Shown here: positions 9,138 to 20,764 of the stretch, one piece after another | Numbering within the stretch: position 1 is the first letter of the stretch | Layout: each line of letters starts with the position of its first letter | Assembly: GCA_040256005.1 (NCBI GenBank) | Contig: JBDZWC010000020.1 | Span: 1 to 31,244, forward strand | Length of the DNA: 31,244 nucleotides | From: Deinococcaceae bacterium | GTDB lineage: Bacteria; Deinococcota; Deinococci; Deinococcales; Trueperaceae | Direction of reading: 5' to 3' | Made by a program: the position numbers and the translations under genes | The notes under the pieces: model-generated | What the model was told of the DNA's origin: nothing | What the model saw: only the letters and a program-made list of their open reading frames with translations | The model's database searches: none

Positions 9138-10360
9138 TGGCCACCAGGGCACCACAGCCTCGGGCCGACCAGGGGCAGCACCTCGGCGCCTTCGAGACGA
9201 AGCGTATGCGGATCAACGTGGGTCCGCAGCACCCCTCCACGCACGGCGTGCTCCGGCTGGTCGTCGACCTCGAGGGCGAGCGCATCCGCGCCCTGCGGCC
9301 GCACGTCGGCTACCTCCACACCGGGTTCGAGAAGACCATGGAGAACCGCACGTACCACCAGTGCGTGACCTACTCCAACCGCATGGACTACGTGAACGGG
9401 TTCGCGCACGACCTGGCGTACGTGCTCGCGGTCGAGCACCTGATGGATGCCCGCGTCCCCGTCAGAGCTCAACGCATCCGCGTGATACTCAGCGAGCTCA
9501 ACCGGATCGCCAGCCACCTCGTCTTCTTCGGCACCACGCTCCTCGACATGGGCGCCCTCACGCCGTTCTTCTACACGATGCGCGAGCGCGAGAAGCTCAT
9601 GGACATCTTCGAGAACGTGTGCGGCGTTCGCATGAACTACGGGTACTACCGGATCGGGGGGCTGCGCCAGGACGTACCCGAAGAGTTCGTGCCCATGGTC
9701 CGCGACTTCCTGAAGACGTTCCCCGCCTACCTGGGTCAGTACGACACCCTCTTCATGGGCAACGACATCCTCGAGGCGCGCACCAGAGGCGTGGGCCTGC
9801 TTACGCGTCAGCAGGCCATCGACTGGTGCCTCACCGGCCCGTCGCTCAGGGCCAGCGGGGTGCCGCTCGACTTCCGGAAGTCCGCTCCCTACTCCGGCTA
9901 CGAGGACTACGACTTCGACGTCCCCTGCTACGACGACGGCGACATCTGGGCCCGGCTTCAGGTGCGCATGGACGAGATGCACGAGAGCCTGCGCATCGTC
10001 CAGCAGGCCGTGGACCGTCTCGAGCCCGGTCCCACCATCGACCCCGACAGGCGCATCTCGTTGCCGCCCAGGTCGGAGCTGGAGACCTCGATGGAGGCCG
10101 TCATCTTCCACTTCAAGCTCGTCACCGAGGGCTTCCACCCTCCGAGGGGCGAGGTCTACGTGCCCACGGAGAGCGCCAGGGGCGAGCTGGGCTACTACAT
10201 CGCCAGCGACGGGGGCTCCATGCCGTACCGGGTCAAGGTCCGCGCACCCAGCCTCGCCAACCTCCAGTCGCTGGAGGTGTCCAGCTTGGGCGGGCTGTTC
10301 GCGGACATGGTCATCAACATCGCCAGCTTCGACCCCGTGCTAGGAGACGTCGACAAGTGA
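9137..10360 (+). CDS. nuoD: NADH-quinone oxidoreductase subunit D
   Basis: [60 protein letters not shown]. Confidence 0.97.
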   Translation: MATRAPQPRADQGQHLGAFETKRMRINVGPQHPSTHGVLRLVVDLEGERIRALRPHVGYLHTGFEKTMENRTYHQCVTYSNRMDYVNGFAHDLAYVLAVEHLMDARVPVRAQRIRVILSELNRIASHLVFFGTTLLDMGALTPFFYTMREREKLMDIFENVCGVRMNYGYYRIGGLRQDVPEEFVPMVRDFLKTFPAYLGQYDTLFMGNDILEARTRGVGLLTRQQAIDWCLTGPSLRASGVPLDFRKSAPYSGYEDYDFDVPCYDDGDIWARLQVRMDEMHESLRIVQQAVDRLEPGPTIDPDRRISLPPRSELETSMEAVIFHFKLVTEGFHPPRGEVYVPTESARGELGYYIASDGGSMPYRVKVRAPSLANLQSLEVSSLGGLFADMVINIASFDPVLGDVDK

Positions 10361-10986
10361 TCGAACTGCAGACCGTCGCGCCGTTCTTCGCGGACAAGCA
10401 GGAACGGCTGGCAGAGATCCTGAACCGCTACCCGCCTCAGGGCCGCCGCAGCGCCCTCATGCCGCTCCTGTGGGAGGTTCAGAACGCCGAGCTCCACGTG
10501 TCCGAGGCGCGCATGCAGGAGATCGCCGACATCCTCGGCATCAACGTGACCGAGGTCAAGGGCGTGATGAGCTTCTACTCCACCTACCACGAGCACCCGC
10601 TGGGCAGGTACCACCTGCAGGTGTGCTCGACGATCTCCTGCTCGCTCGCGGGCGCCGATCAGATGTACGACTACCTGGTCGAGGAGCTGGGCATCGTCAA
10701 CGGTGAGCGTGACGCCGAGGGCCGGTTCAGCATCCAGAAGGTCGAATGCCTGGGCTCCTGCGGCACGGCACCGGTCCTACAGGTGAACGACACCTACTAC
10801 GAGCGGGTCGGCCGCAGCCGCTGCGCGCACCTCATCGATGCCATGCGCAGGGGCGAGCTGCCGGCGCCGTGGCGCGAGCGCGGCAGCGACATCGCCGGTG
10901 CCGAGAAGGCCGCGGCCGCCAGCGGGCTGGGCGCCTCAGGCGAGGGCCAGGGCCGTCAGGGGCCAACGGGGGGAGGCGCTGACTGA
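10357..10986 (+). CDS. nuoE: NADH-quinone oxidoreductase subunit E
   Basis: [17 protein letters not shown], [2Fe-2S] ligands CSTISC...CLGSC. GTG start overlaps the nuoD stop (frame of ORF 9109..10986). Confidence 0.95.
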   Translation: MIELQTVAPFFADKQERLAEILNRYPPQGRRSALMPLLWEVQNAELHVSEARMQEIADILGINVTEVKGVMSFYSTYHEHPLGRYHLQVCSTISCSLAGADQMYDYLVEELGIVNGERDAEGRFSIQKVECLGSCGTAPVLQVNDTYYERVGRSRCAHLIDAMRRGELPAPWRERGSDIAGAEKAAAASGLGASGEGQGRQGPTGGGAD

Positions 10987-12323
10987 TGGCCGACGCGTCC
11001 CAGACCGGCCCCATCGTCAGCCGCCACGACCCGCGGTACGAGGTGTCCATGTACCGCTACGTGGGCGTCGACGGCGCCCACACGCTGGACTTCTACCGTT
11101 CCCACGGCGGGTACGACGCCGCCCGCAAGGCGCTCACCACCATGACGCCGGAGCAGGTGGTCGACGAGGTCAAGGCCTCGGGCCTGCGTGGCCGCGGTGG
11201 TGCCGGGTTCCCGACGGGCGTCAAGTGGTCGTTCATGCCTCCTCCCGACGGCCGTCCCAGGTACGTCCTGTGCAACGCGGACGAGTCGGAGCCGGGCTCG
11301 TTCAAGGACCGCTATATCCTCGAGGACGACCCGCACCAGCTGATCGAGGGCATGATCATCGCCGCCCACGCGATGCGAGCCACGCACGGCTTCATCTACG
11401 TGCGCGGCGAGTACATGCTGGGCATCGAGCGCACCGTGGCCGCCGTGGAGGAGGCCAGGTCCGCCGGTCTGCTGGGCGAGAAGATCCTCGGCAGCGAGCT
11501 CTCTTTCGATATCACCGTTCACCGCGGGGCGGGCGCCTACATCTGCGGCGAGGAGACGGCCCTCATGAACTCGCTCGAGGGCCTGCGGGCGAACCCGCGC
11601 CTGAAGCCGCCGTTCCCGGCCGCTGCCGGCCTCTACGGCATGCCGACGACGATCAACAACGTCGAGAGCCTGGCCAGCGCGGTCCACATCATCAACAGGG
11701 GCGCCGCCTGGTTCGCCTCGATGGGCACCGAGGACAGCAAGGGCACGAAGCTCTACCAGATCTCGGGTCCGGTGCACCGTCCCGGCATCTACGAGATGCC
11801 CATGGGCGCGACGTTCCGCGAGCTCATCTACGACTTCGCGGGCGGCCCGAGCCTCGAGCCCAAGGCGTTCATCCCCGGCGGCTCCTCCACCCCCATGTTC
11901 CCGTGGGAGGACCGGTTCCTCGACATGAACATGGACTACGGCACGCTCGCGAAGAACGGCTCGATGCTGGGCACGGGCGGAGTCATCGTGATCCCCAGGG
12001 ACAAGGACATCGTGGACCTGATGTTCAACCTGGTCCGCTTCTACGCCCACGAGTCGTGCGGCAAGTGCACGCCGTGCCGAGAGGGTGTCGCGCACTGGCT
12101 GCCGCGCCTCTACCAGAAGCTCGTCGAGGGCTTGGGCACGCAGGAAGACGTTGACCTGATCGAGGACCTCGCGAACAACATCAGGGGCACCGCTTTCTGC
12201 CCGCTCGCCGACGCCTGCGTGATGCCGGTGCAGGCGAGCTTCAAGTGGTTCAGGGACGAGTACGAGTACCTGGCCGAGCACAAGGTCCCGAAGTACGGGA
12301 AGACGGACTGGTGGCAGGCATGA
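10986..12323 (+). CDS. nuoF: NADH-quinone oxidoreductase subunit F
   Basis: [66 protein letters not shown]. Confidence 0.97.
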   Translation: MADASQTGPIVSRHDPRYEVSMYRYVGVDGAHTLDFYRSHGGYDAARKALTTMTPEQVVDEVKASGLRGRGGAGFPTGVKWSFMPPPDGRPRYVLCNADESEPGSFKDRYILEDDPHQLIEGMIIAAHAMRATHGFIYVRGEYMLGIERTVAAVEEARSAGLLGEKILGSELSFDITVHRGAGAYICGEETALMNSLEGLRANPRLKPPFPAAAGLYGMPTTINNVESLASAVHIINRGAAWFASMGTEDSKGTKLYQISGPVHRPGIYEMPMGATFRELIYDFAGGPSLEPKAFIPGGSSTPMFPWEDRFLDMNMDYGTLAKNGSMLGTGGVIVIPRDKDIVDLMFNLVRFYAHESCGKCTPCREGVAHWLPRLYQKLVEGLGTQEDVDLIEDLANNIRGTAFCPLADACVMPVQASFKWFRDEYEYLAEHKVPKYGKTDWWQA

Positions 12324-14791
12324 AGGTCAAGGTCAACGACGTCGAGCTGGACCTGAAGCCGGGCACGAGCGCGATCGACGCCGTGTTCAGCGCCGGCGAC
12401 GACGTGCCGTACTTCTGCAGCCAGGAGTACATGTCGCCCATCGGCGCGTGTCGCATGTGCCTGGCCCGCATCGGCGCGCCGCGGAAGGACAAGGGCGGGG
12501 AGTGGATCCTCGACGAGGAGACCGGCGAGCCGAAGATCTTCTGGTTCCCCAACCTCATGGCAACGTGCACCACCCAGGTGATGGAGGGCATGGTCATCGA
12601 CACGCGTTCCGAGCCCGTCAAGCGCGCTCAGAACTCGATGGTCGAGTACACGCTCATCAACCACCCGCTCGACTGCCCCGTGTGCGACAAGGGCGGGGCC
12701 TGCGAGCTGCAGGACCGCTCGTACGAGTACGGGTCGGGCATCTCACGCTTCGAGTTCGACAAGCGCCATCAAGAGAAGCACCACGCGCTCTCGGAGCTCA
12801 TCACGCTCGACCGCGAGCGCTGCATCCACTGCAAGCGCTGCGTCAGGTACTTCGAGGAGGTGCCCGGCGACGAGGTCCTCGACTTCATCGAGCGGGCCAA
12901 CCACACGTACATCTCGTCCGAGGAGCAGGGGCTGCCGAACAACTTCACGGGCAACATCACGGACATCTGCCCCGTGGGCGCTCTCCTCGACGCCACCAGC
13001 CGCTTCCGTGGCCGCAACTGGGAGTACCACCACACGCCGTCCGTGACGATGGACGATGCTACCGGCGCCGCCGTCTGGATCGACTCCCGTACCGGCCGCA
13101 TCGAGCGCATCAAGGCGCGCCTCAACCCCGAGGTCAACAAGACCTGGATCGACGACGGCACGCGCTTCGGGCACGAGTACGTGGACGATGCGTCGCGGCT
13201 GCTGACCCCGCTTATCAGGCGCGGTGGCGAGCTGGTGCCGGCCTCGTGGGACGAGGCGGCCGCGTTCGTCGCCGAGCGCCTGGGCGGCATGAGCGGCAAG
13301 GACGTCGGCATCGCGATCCGCGCGGACTCCACCGTGGAGGAGGGCATCGGCGCCATCGCGTTGGCAGAGCACCTCGGCACTGGGCAGGTGGATCATGCGC
13401 CCAGGCACGAGGCCCCCGTCGTCGCCCCGGCCGCCGAGCGCGCGACCCTCACGGAGCTGGCCACCGCCGACGCGGTGTTCGTGGCCGGCGACGTCACCGA
13501 AGAGGCCAGCATCCTCGACCTCCGTATCAAGGACGCGCTCAGGGGCGTCACGCCGCCGGAACTACTACCCCACGGTGTGCCCATCGCCGATCTGCGGCTC
13601 AAGGAGCGGCAACCTCGCGACGCGCGGCTCCTCACCGTGGCCGCCCCCTACCGCGTCGACCTCATGAAGTACGCCGGCCGGGCCTTGAGGTATGCCCCCG
13701 GCCAGGAGGCGGCGCTGTTCCGCGACCTCGAGGCCGCGGTTCGCGCGGGCGATACCAGGGTGGAGAAGAACGACTCGGCGCAGCCGGAACACGGTGTCGC
13801 CGCGGCGGACGTGAGCGCGGCAGCCGCCCAGCTCGCCAAGGCGGAGCGCGCGGTCGTGGTCCTGGGCGGCACGGTGCTGGCGTCTCAGCAGGCCACGGCG
13901 GCCGCTCTCGCGCTCGCGAAGGCAGCCGGCGCCAAGGTCATGCTGGTCGGACCGATGGCGAACAGCCACGGGCTGGAGCTGCTCGGGGTGTTGCCCAGCC
14001 ACGCCAACTACGCCTACCCGGCCATGCTGGAGACGGCGAGGGCTCTCATCCTGTCGCATCTCGACCCTGCCCAGGACCCCGACGTGGCCGAGCGGCTCAA
14101 GCAGAAAGACCTGCTCGTCGTGCACGACAGCTTCCTGACCGAGACCGCCGCTCTGGCTGACGTGGTGCTGCCCGCCAAGACGGTCTACGAGCGGGATGGC
14201 ACCGTCGTGAACCTAGAGGGCCGGTTCCTCAGGGTCGTCGCCGCCCCCGTCGAAGGCGGCACCAGCGAGGACCTCACGGGCCTCGTCAAGAGGCTCGGCG
14301 ACGCCTTGGGCCAGCGGCTCGAGGGCAGGAGCGTCAGGAGCGCCCACCGCGTGCTCAAGCAGCGTCTCGACCTCGACCTGACAGAGCTGCCCGAGTGGGG
14401 TGAGATCCTCGCTGCCAAGGCGCCGGACAAGAGGCGGGACGCAGCCGCCGGCGCGAAGGCAGAGACACCCAGGCGCAGGGGAGGCAACGTCGTCGTGACG
14501 GCCTCCATGGTCAGGCCGGAGTACGCCTACCTCAACCCCCACCTGCTCGCCGAGCGCGGTGGGCCGGCGCTGCGGGTGAACCCGGCTGACGCCCAGGCGC
14601 ACGGTCTGGCAGCCGGCGACGACGTCAGGCTGCGCGTGAACGGGATGTGGCGCCGCGCCACCGTCAAGGTCACCGAGGACGTGCCCGCCGGGCTCATGAC
14701 CATCCCGGCCACGCCCGACCAGCCCCAGGGCTTGGCCCATGCCGACCTCTCGACCCTCGCGGTGCTGCGCGAGCGGGAGGCGGTGGCTTAG
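12320..14791 (+). CDS. nuoG: NADH-quinone oxidoreductase subunit G (N7 cluster motif absent)
   Basis: N1b ligands FC...GACRMC...ATC; N5 [19 protein letters not shown]4 CIHCKRC...[10 protein letters not shown]; degenerate molybdopterin-oxidoreductase C-terminal domains ([19 protein letters not shown]). ATG 12320 overlaps the nuoF stop. Confidence 0.96.
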   Translation: MKVKVNDVELDLKPGTSAIDAVFSAGDDVPYFCSQEYMSPIGACRMCLARIGAPRKDKGGEWILDEETGEPKIFWFPNLMATCTTQVMEGMVIDTRSEPVKRAQNSMVEYTLINHPLDCPVCDKGGACELQDRSYEYGSGISRFEFDKRHQEKHHALSELITLDRERCIHCKRCVRYFEEVPGDEVLDFIERANHTYISSEEQGLPNNFTGNITDICPVGALLDATSRFRGRNWEYHHTPSVTMDDATGAAVWIDSRTGRIERIKARLNPEVNKTWIDDGTRFGHEYVDDASRLLTPLIRRGGELVPASWDEAAAFVAERLGGMSGKDVGIAIRADSTVEEGIGAIALAEHLGTGQVDHAPRHEAPVVAPAAERATLTELATADAVFVAGDVTEEASILDLRIKDALRGVTPPELLPHGVPIADLRLKERQPRDARLLTVAAPYRVDLMKYAGRALRYAPGQEAALFRDLEAAVRAGDTRVEKNDSAQPEHGVAAADVSAAAAQLAKAERAVVVLGGTVLASQQATAAALALAKAAGAKVMLVGPMANSHGLELLGVLPSHANYAYPAMLETARALILSHLDPAQDPDVAERLKQKDLLVVHDSFLTETAALADVVLPAKTVYERDGTVVNLEGRFLRVVAAPVEGGTSEDLTGLVKRLGDALGQRLEGRSVRSAHRVLKQRLDLDLTELPEWGEILAAKAPDKRRDAAAGAKAETPRRRGGNVVVTASMVRPEYAYLNPHLLAERGGPALRVNPADAQAHGLAAGDDVRLRVNGMWRRATVKVTEDVPAGLMTIPATPDQPQGLAHADLSTLAVLREREAVA

Positions 14792-15819
14792 TGACGGAGG
14801 CCGTCCGCGACCCGCTGTTCGTGACGTTCCTCAAGGCGCTGGTCCTGTGCCTGCTGCTGCTGGGCGCCTTCGCCTACATGACGGTCATCGAGCGCAAGCT
14901 GCTGGCACGTTTCCAGCACCGCTACGGGCCGAACAGGGTGGGGCCGGCCGGGTTCCTGCAGCCCATCGCCGACGCGATCAAGTCGATCTTCAAGGAAGAC
15001 CTCGTCATGACGAGCGCCGACAAGGTCGTGTACGTGCTCGCCCCCGCGATCAGCATCGTGTGCGCCCTGTCGGCGTTCGGGGCCATCCCCGCCGGGCCGC
15101 CAGGCAGCCTCTTCGGGTTCAACCCCTGGATCATGGACCTCGACATCGGCCTGCTGTACATCCTCGCGGTCACCAGCCTAGGTGTGTACGGCATCTTCCT
15201 CGGCGGGTGGGCGTCCAACAGCAAGTACGCCCTGCTCGGCAGCCTGCGGTCCTCCGCGCAGATCATCAGCTACGAGCTGGGTCTCGGGCTGTCGGTCCTG
15301 GCCGTCATCATGGTCACCGGCACCGTCAACCTGAGGCAGATCGTCGACACCGGCATCTGGTCCCTGAGCCCCTGGCTGTGGCCCGGGCTGGCGCTGGCCA
15401 TGGTCACGTTCCTGATCTCCGGCACCGCCGAGGTCAACCGCACACCCTTCGACCTCCCTGAGGCCGAGCAGGAGCTGGTCGCCGGCTACCTGACCGAGTA
15501 CTCCTCGATCAAATGGGCCTTGTACCAGATGGCCGAGTACGTGAACATGTTCACCGCCTCGGCGTTCATCAGCACGCTGTTCCTGGGCGGCTGGCGCGGT
15601 CCAGGCTTCGTCGACAACATCGTGCCCGGCATGTCGGAGTGGCCGTTCGTGTGGCTGCTCCTCAAGATGGGCCTCTTCGTGTTCCTGTTCATCTGGCTGA
15701 AGGCCACCTTGCCGCGCCTGCGCTACGACCAGCTGATGCGCTTCGGCTGGCTCTACCTGTTCGAGCTGGCGCTGGTGGGCGCCCTTCTCACTGGGACGGT
15801 GATCGCCTTTGTTCTCTGA
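14791..15819 (+). CDS. nuoH: NADH-quinone oxidoreductase subunit H
   Basis: [78 protein letters not shown] 14791 overlaps the nuoG TAG. Confidence 0.97.
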   Translation: MTEAVRDPLFVTFLKALVLCLLLLGAFAYMTVIERKLLARFQHRYGPNRVGPAGFLQPIADAIKSIFKEDLVMTSADKVVYVLAPAISIVCALSAFGAIPAGPPGSLFGFNPWIMDLDIGLLYILAVTSLGVYGIFLGGWASNSKYALLGSLRSSAQIISYELGLGLSVLAVIMVTGTVNLRQIVDTGIWSLSPWLWPGLALAMVTFLISGTAEVNRTPFDLPEAEQELVAGYLTEYSSIKWALYQMAEYVNMFTASAFISTLFLGGWRGPGFVDNIVPGMSEWPFVWLLLKMGLFVFLFIWLKATLPRLRYDQLMRFGWLYLFELALVGALLTGTVIAFVL

Positions 15820-15837
15820 GCGTGAGGGAGTGAGGCC

Positions 15838-16365
15838 ATGAGCGTCCTCGACATCGCCAAGGGCATGGGTGTGACGCTGTCGCACCTCTTCAAGAGGCCC
15901 GTGACCGTGCAGTACCCCGAGCAGCCGGTGCAGATACAGGCCAGGTTCCGCGGCCGGCACCACCTGCTGAGGCATCCGGACACCGGGCTCGAGAAGTGCA
16001 TCGGCTGCTCGTTATGCGCCGCCGTGTGCCCGTCCTACGCGATCTACGTGGAGGCCGCGGAGAACGACCCAGAGGACCCGAAGTCCGCGGGGGAGCGTTA
16101 CGCCAGCATCTACGAGATCAACATGGTGCGCTGCATCTTCTGCGGGCTCTGCGAGGAGGCCTGCCCCACCGGTGCGGTGGTGCTGGGGCACGAGTTCGAG
16201 CTCGCCGACTACCGGTACCAGGATCTGGTCTACGGCAAGGAGGACCTCCTGGTGGGTGCGAAGGGCAGCAAGTGGCAGCGCCGCGAGGCGACGGCCAAGG
16301 GCACCGACGTGAGGCTCGGCTTCGAGGCCGATCCTCGGCCGGAGCTGGAGGGCGTCGACTACTGA
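15838..16365 (+). CDS. nuoI: NADH-quinone oxidoreductase subunit I
   Basis: VTVQYPE and two ferredoxin motifs [12 protein letters not shown] and [12 protein letters not shown]. Confidence 0.97.
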   Translation: MSVLDIAKGMGVTLSHLFKRPVTVQYPEQPVQIQARFRGRHHLLRHPDTGLEKCIGCSLCAAVCPSYAIYVEAAENDPEDPKSAGERYASIYEINMVRCIFCGLCEEACPTGAVVLGHEFELADYRYQDLVYGKEDLLVGAKGSKWQRREATAKGTDVRLGFEADPRPELEGVDY

Positions 16366-16405
16366 TGATGCCCACCCGCCTGACCCCCCAAGCCGGGAGC
16401 GCGTC

Positions 16406-16965
<560 letters not shown>

Positions 16966-16969
<4 letters not shown>

Positions 16970-17289
16970 ACGTACCCACCGAGTACTTCGTGGCCCTCAG
17001 CGCCGTGCTGTTCGGCCTGGGCGCCGTCGGTGTCATCGTGAGGCGCAGCGCGATCCTGGTGTTCCTCTCGATCGAGCTCATGCTCAACGCCGCCAACCTG
17101 GCCATCGTCGCCTACGCTCGGCAGTGGTCGGCCACGGGCGGCATCCACGCCCTGGAAGGGCAGGGGGCTGTGTTCATCGTGCTGGCGGTCGCCGCCGCGG
17201 AGGTGGCAGTGGGCCTTGGCATCCTGGTGGCGATCTTCCGGTACCGGGTCACGACGGACGTCGACCAGCTCTCCGAGGTGCGGGCATGA
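16966..17289 (+). CDS. nuoK: NADH-quinone oxidoreductase subunit K
   Basis: SIELMLNAANL, GQ..VFIVLAVAAAEVAVGLGI. Confidence 0.96.
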
Positions 17290-19220
17290 CCGAGACCGCT
17301 CTGTCGGCCGCCAACGTAGTCGTGCTGGCGCCGTTCGTGGCGCTACTGGGGGCCGTCGTCAACGGGCTCTTCGGCCGTGGGATCCGCGAGCCGGTGACGG
17401 GCCTCATCGCGTCCTCGACGGTGGCTGCCGGGTTCGTCCTCACCGTGGTCTCGTTCTTCGCCTACCCTGGTGGAGGCGACGGCGTGCGGTTCGTCCTGGC
17501 CCGGTTCCTGCGGGCGGGCGACCTCTCGGTCGACCTCGGGTTCATGGTCGACCAGCTGAGCCTGGTCATGGCCCTGGTCATCACCGGCGTGGGCTTGCTC
17601 ATCCACGTCTACTCGATCGGCTACATGAAGGGCGACGCAGGTCACGCCCGGTACTTCTCGCAGCTCAACCTGTTCGTCGCCGCCATGCTCGTATTGGTGC
17701 TGGCCGACAGCTTCCCGCTGATGTTCGTCGGCTGGGAGGGCGTCGGCGTCTGCTCGTTCCTGCTCATCGGGTTCTGGTACCAGCAGCGCGAGAACGCGGA
17801 CGCCGCGCGGAAGGCCTTCATCGTCAACCGCATCGGCGACGTCGGCTTCCTGCTGGCCATGTTCCTGACGTTCCAGGTGTTCGGCTCGCTCGACGTGAAG
17901 ACGGTGACCCAGGCGGCGCCTGCCGTGGCGTACGGCTCCGCGGCCCTGGTCGGCATCGGCCTGCTGTTCCTGCTCGCTGCTGCCGGCAAGTCGGCGCAGC
18001 TACCGCTCCAGCTGTGGCTGCCAGACGCCATGGCCGGCCCCACGCCAGTCTCGGCGCTGATCCACGCCGCGACCATGGTCACGGCCGGCGTCTACCTGAT
18101 CGCTCGCACGGGGCCGGTGTTCGCCCAGGCGCCGGCGGCGGCCGCCACCGTCGCCTGGATCGGCGTGCTGACGGCGCTCGTCGCCGCCATCGCGGCGTTC
18201 GCGCAGACGGACATCAAGCGCATCCTCGCCTACTCGACCATCTCGCAGGTCGGCTTCATGATCGCCGCCGTGGGCGCGGGCGCCTACTGGGCGGGCATCT
18301 TCCACGTCGTCACACACGCGTTCTTCAAGGCCCAGCTGTTCCTCGGGGCCGGCTCCGTGATACATGCGCTGGGGGGCGAGCAGGACGTACGGCGCATGGG
18401 CGGGCTCGGCAAGCGGATGCGCGTGACCGGGACCACCGCCCTCATCGCCACGCTCGCGATCGCCGGCGTGCCTCTGCTGTCCGGCTTCTTCTCGAAGGAC
18501 GCGATCCTGCACGGCACGCTGACGAGCCCGCTGCTCCAGGACGCCACCGGGCAGCTGCTGTTCGCCCTCCTTCTGGTCACCGCCGTCCTGACCGCGGCGT
18601 ACATGTTCCGCTGGTACTACCTGGTGTTCGCCGGCGAAGAGCGCCTCACGGCCGAGGCGAAGGCAGGAGTGCACGAGTCTCCCGCCGTCATGACCGTGCC
18701 GCTGGTGGTGCTGGCCGTGGGTAGCGTGTTGGCCGGCTACCTGGGGATCCAGGCGTTCCTGGGCCGCAACCTCATCGCCGAGTGGTTGGCGCCCGTGACG
18801 GCCTCGCCGGACTTCGAGCACCTGTCCGTCGGAGCCGAGTGGGCCCTCATCGTCGCCTCGGCGCTGGCCGCACTTGGCGGACTGGCCGCCGGGTACTGGC
18901 TGTACGCGGTCGACAAGGGCAGGACCGTGAAGCGGCTGGACACCACGCCCTTGGCGCCCCTGGCACGGTCCGGGATGGGCTTCGACGCCGCGGCGCAGGC
19001 CGTCTTGGTCAGGCCAGGTGAGGGCGTCGCGCAGGGCCTGGCCGTCCTCGACCGCGACGTGCTCGACCAGGGGCTGGTCGCGGCCGGCGGGGGAGTCGGT
19101 CTCCTCGGCAAGGTGGCGACGCTGTGGCAGACGGGCTACGTGCGGCTCTACGCGCTGGCCATGCTGGCAGGAGCCGTGGTCATCGCGGCCGTGGCGCTGC
19201 TGGCTGGGGGCCTGCGATGA
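17286..19220 (+). CDS. nuoL: NADH-quinone oxidoreductase subunit L
   Basis: IHVYSIGYM, FVGWEGVGVCSFLLIGFW, KAFIVNRIGD, GKSAQLPL..WLPDAMAGPTPVSALIHAATMV, HAFFKA, GFFSKD, QTGYVRLYA. ATG 17286. Confidence 0.97.
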   Translation: MTETALSAANVVVLAPFVALLGAVVNGLFGRGIREPVTGLIASSTVAAGFVLTVVSFFAYPGGGDGVRFVLARFLRAGDLSVDLGFMVDQLSLVMALVITGVGLLIHVYSIGYMKGDAGHARYFSQLNLFVAAMLVLVLADSFPLMFVGWEGVGVCSFLLIGFWYQQRENADAARKAFIVNRIGDVGFLLAMFLTFQVFGSLDVKTVTQAAPAVAYGSAALVGIGLLFLLAAAGKSAQLPLQLWLPDAMAGPTPVSALIHAATMVTAGVYLIARTGPVFAQAPAAAATVAWIGVLTALVAAIAAFAQTDIKRILAYSTISQVGFMIAAVGAGAYWAGIFHVVTHAFFKAQLFLGAGSVIHALGGEQDVRRMGGLGKRMRVTGTTALIATLAIAGVPLLSGFFSKDAILHGTLTSPLLQDATGQLLFALLLVTAVLTAAYMFRWYYLVFAGEERLTAEAKAGVHESPAVMTVPLVVLAVGSVLAGYLGIQAFLGRNLIAEWLAPVTASPDFEHLSVGAEWALIVASALAALGGLAAGYWLYAVDKGRTVKRLDTTPLAPLARSGMGFDAAAQAVLVRPGEGVAQGLAVLDRDVLDQGLVAAGGGVGLLGKVATLWQTGYVRLYALAMLAGAVVIAAVALLAGGLR

Positions 19221-20764
19221 GCACCGCACTGGTCGTGCTACTCGTGCCCGTACTGGGCGCGGCGCTCGCTTCCCTCGCCGGAGCGAGGCGCAACCTCGTG
19301 ACCCTCTCGGCGGTGGCCGGCACGGTCGCCACCTTCCTGGTGGCGCTGTTCATGCCCGGCGCCTCGGCGATCGACGTGCCGTGGCTGCCCGGTCTGGGCA
19401 CCAGCTTCGCCCTGGACCCGGGCGGGGCGGCCTCGGTGCTCGTCGTCGTGGCCGCCCTGGTCATGATCCCCACCGCGCTGGTCGGCTCGTTGACCGTCGA
19501 GGACAAGCCCGGCAGGTTCGTCGCCTGGTTGCTGCTGGCGCAGGCGGGCCTCAACGGCATCTTCATGGCCCGCGACCTGTTGCTCTTCTACGTCTTCTGG
19601 GAGGGCACGCTCATCCCCAGCCTGTTGTTGCTGGGCGCGTTCGGGCTGGACAAGCGCCGCGCCGCGACCCTCAAGTACCTGGCCTACGCGGTCACCGGCT
19701 CGTTCGTCATGCTCGTCACGATCCTCGCTCTCAAGGTCCTGTCCGGCGCCGCCACGTTCCACCTCGAAGACCTCGTCTTGGCCGCACGCGACCTGCCGGT
19801 CACGACGCAGGCGTGGCTGTTCGCCGGCCTGGCTCTCGGCATGGTCGTCAAGCTGCCGCTGTGGCCGCTGCATTCGTGGCTCATCGACCTCAACGAGCAG
19901 AACCATCCATCCGGCGCGGCAGACGTGCTCGGCACCCTGTACAAGGTGGGGGGCTACGGGTTCTTCGCCTGGGCGCTGCCCGTCCTGCCCCTCGGCGCCG
20001 AGAGGCTGGCGCCCGTGCTCATCGCCCTCGGGGCGTTCACCGCGGTGTACGGGGCCGTCATCGCCACCAACCAGACGAACCTCAAGCGGCTGCTGGCCTA
20101 CGCCTCCCTGTCGCACATGGGCATCGTCGCTGTCGGCATCTTCGGCCTACATGTCGCCGGCCTCAACGGGGCCATCTACCTGCTCGCCGCCCAGATGCTC
20201 TCGACCGGCGGACTGTTCCTGATCACCGGCATGCTCCACGCACGGCGTCTGTCGTTCGACGTCGACGCCTACGGAGGACTAGCCAAGAGCGCTCCCATGC
20301 TCGCGGCGGTGAGCCTGTTCCTGATCTTCGCCTTCATAGGCGTACCGGGCCTCGGCAACTTCCCGGGCGAGTTCCTCAGCCTGCTGGGCGCCTTCCAGAC
20401 CGCGCCCTTCGCGGCTGTGGTGGCGACGCTGTCCGTGATCGCCGCGGGCGTGTACGGGGTGAACGTCTACCAGCGCCTCTTCCAGGGCGCGCAGACGACC
20501 CCCGCTCGCGACCTCGGGCCCGTGGAGCTCTACGTCCTCGTGCCGTTCGTAGCCGGCGTGCTGTGGCTGGGCTTCTCGCCCGCGCCGCAGCTCGACCGCA
20601 TCGAAGCGCAGTCGCAGCTGGCGGTCGTGCAACTGGCCACCGTCGACGAGCCCACGCAGGCGGACGTCGGTGCGGTCGCGGCGGAACGGGCACGCGGCGG
20701 GCCGCCCGAGGAGCTGGCACTGGCGGCTACTGAACCCGGCCCGGCAGTGGAGGGCGTGCGATGA
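19217..20764 (+). CDS. nuoM: NADH-quinone oxidoreductase subunit M
   Basis: DLLLFYVFWE, VKLPLWPLHSWL, NHPSG.AD.LGTLYKVG (Thermus Nqo13-like), KRLLAYASLSHMG, PGLGNFPGEF. ATG 19217. Confidence 0.96.
   Translation: MSTALVVLLVPVLGAALASLAGARRNLVTLSAVAGTVATFLVALFMPGASAIDVPWLPGLGTSFALDPGGAASVLVVVAALVMIPTALVGSLTVEDKPGRFVAWLLLAQAGLNGIFMARDLLLFYVFWEGTLIPSLLLLGAFGLDKRRAATLKYLAYAVTGSFVMLVTILALKVLSGAATFHLEDLVLAARDLPVTTQAWLFAGLALGMVVKLPLWPLHSWLIDLNEQNHPSGAADVLGTLYKVGGYGFFAWALPVLPLGAERLAPVLIALGAFTAVYGAVIATNQTNLKRLLAYASLSHMGIVAVGIFGLHVAGLNGAIYLLAAQMLSTGGLFLITGMLHARRLSFDVDAYGGLAKSAPMLAAVSLFLIFAFIGVPGLGNFPGEFLSLLGAFQTAPFAAVVATLSVIAAGVYGVNVYQRLFQGAQTTPARDLGPVELYVLVPFVAGVLWLGFSPAPQLDRIEAQSQLAVVQLATVDEPTQADVGAVAAERARGGPPEELALAATEPGPAVEGVR

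Noticed and set aside
9109..10986. 625-aa ORF as an N-terminally extended or fused NuoE (similar long extensions appear on nuoB, C, G, H, L, M and the HD-GYP ORF)
   Set aside because: The extensions are off-frame read-through of the upstream gene or intergenic DNA. The true starts sit at stop/start overlaps or just after a -10 box.
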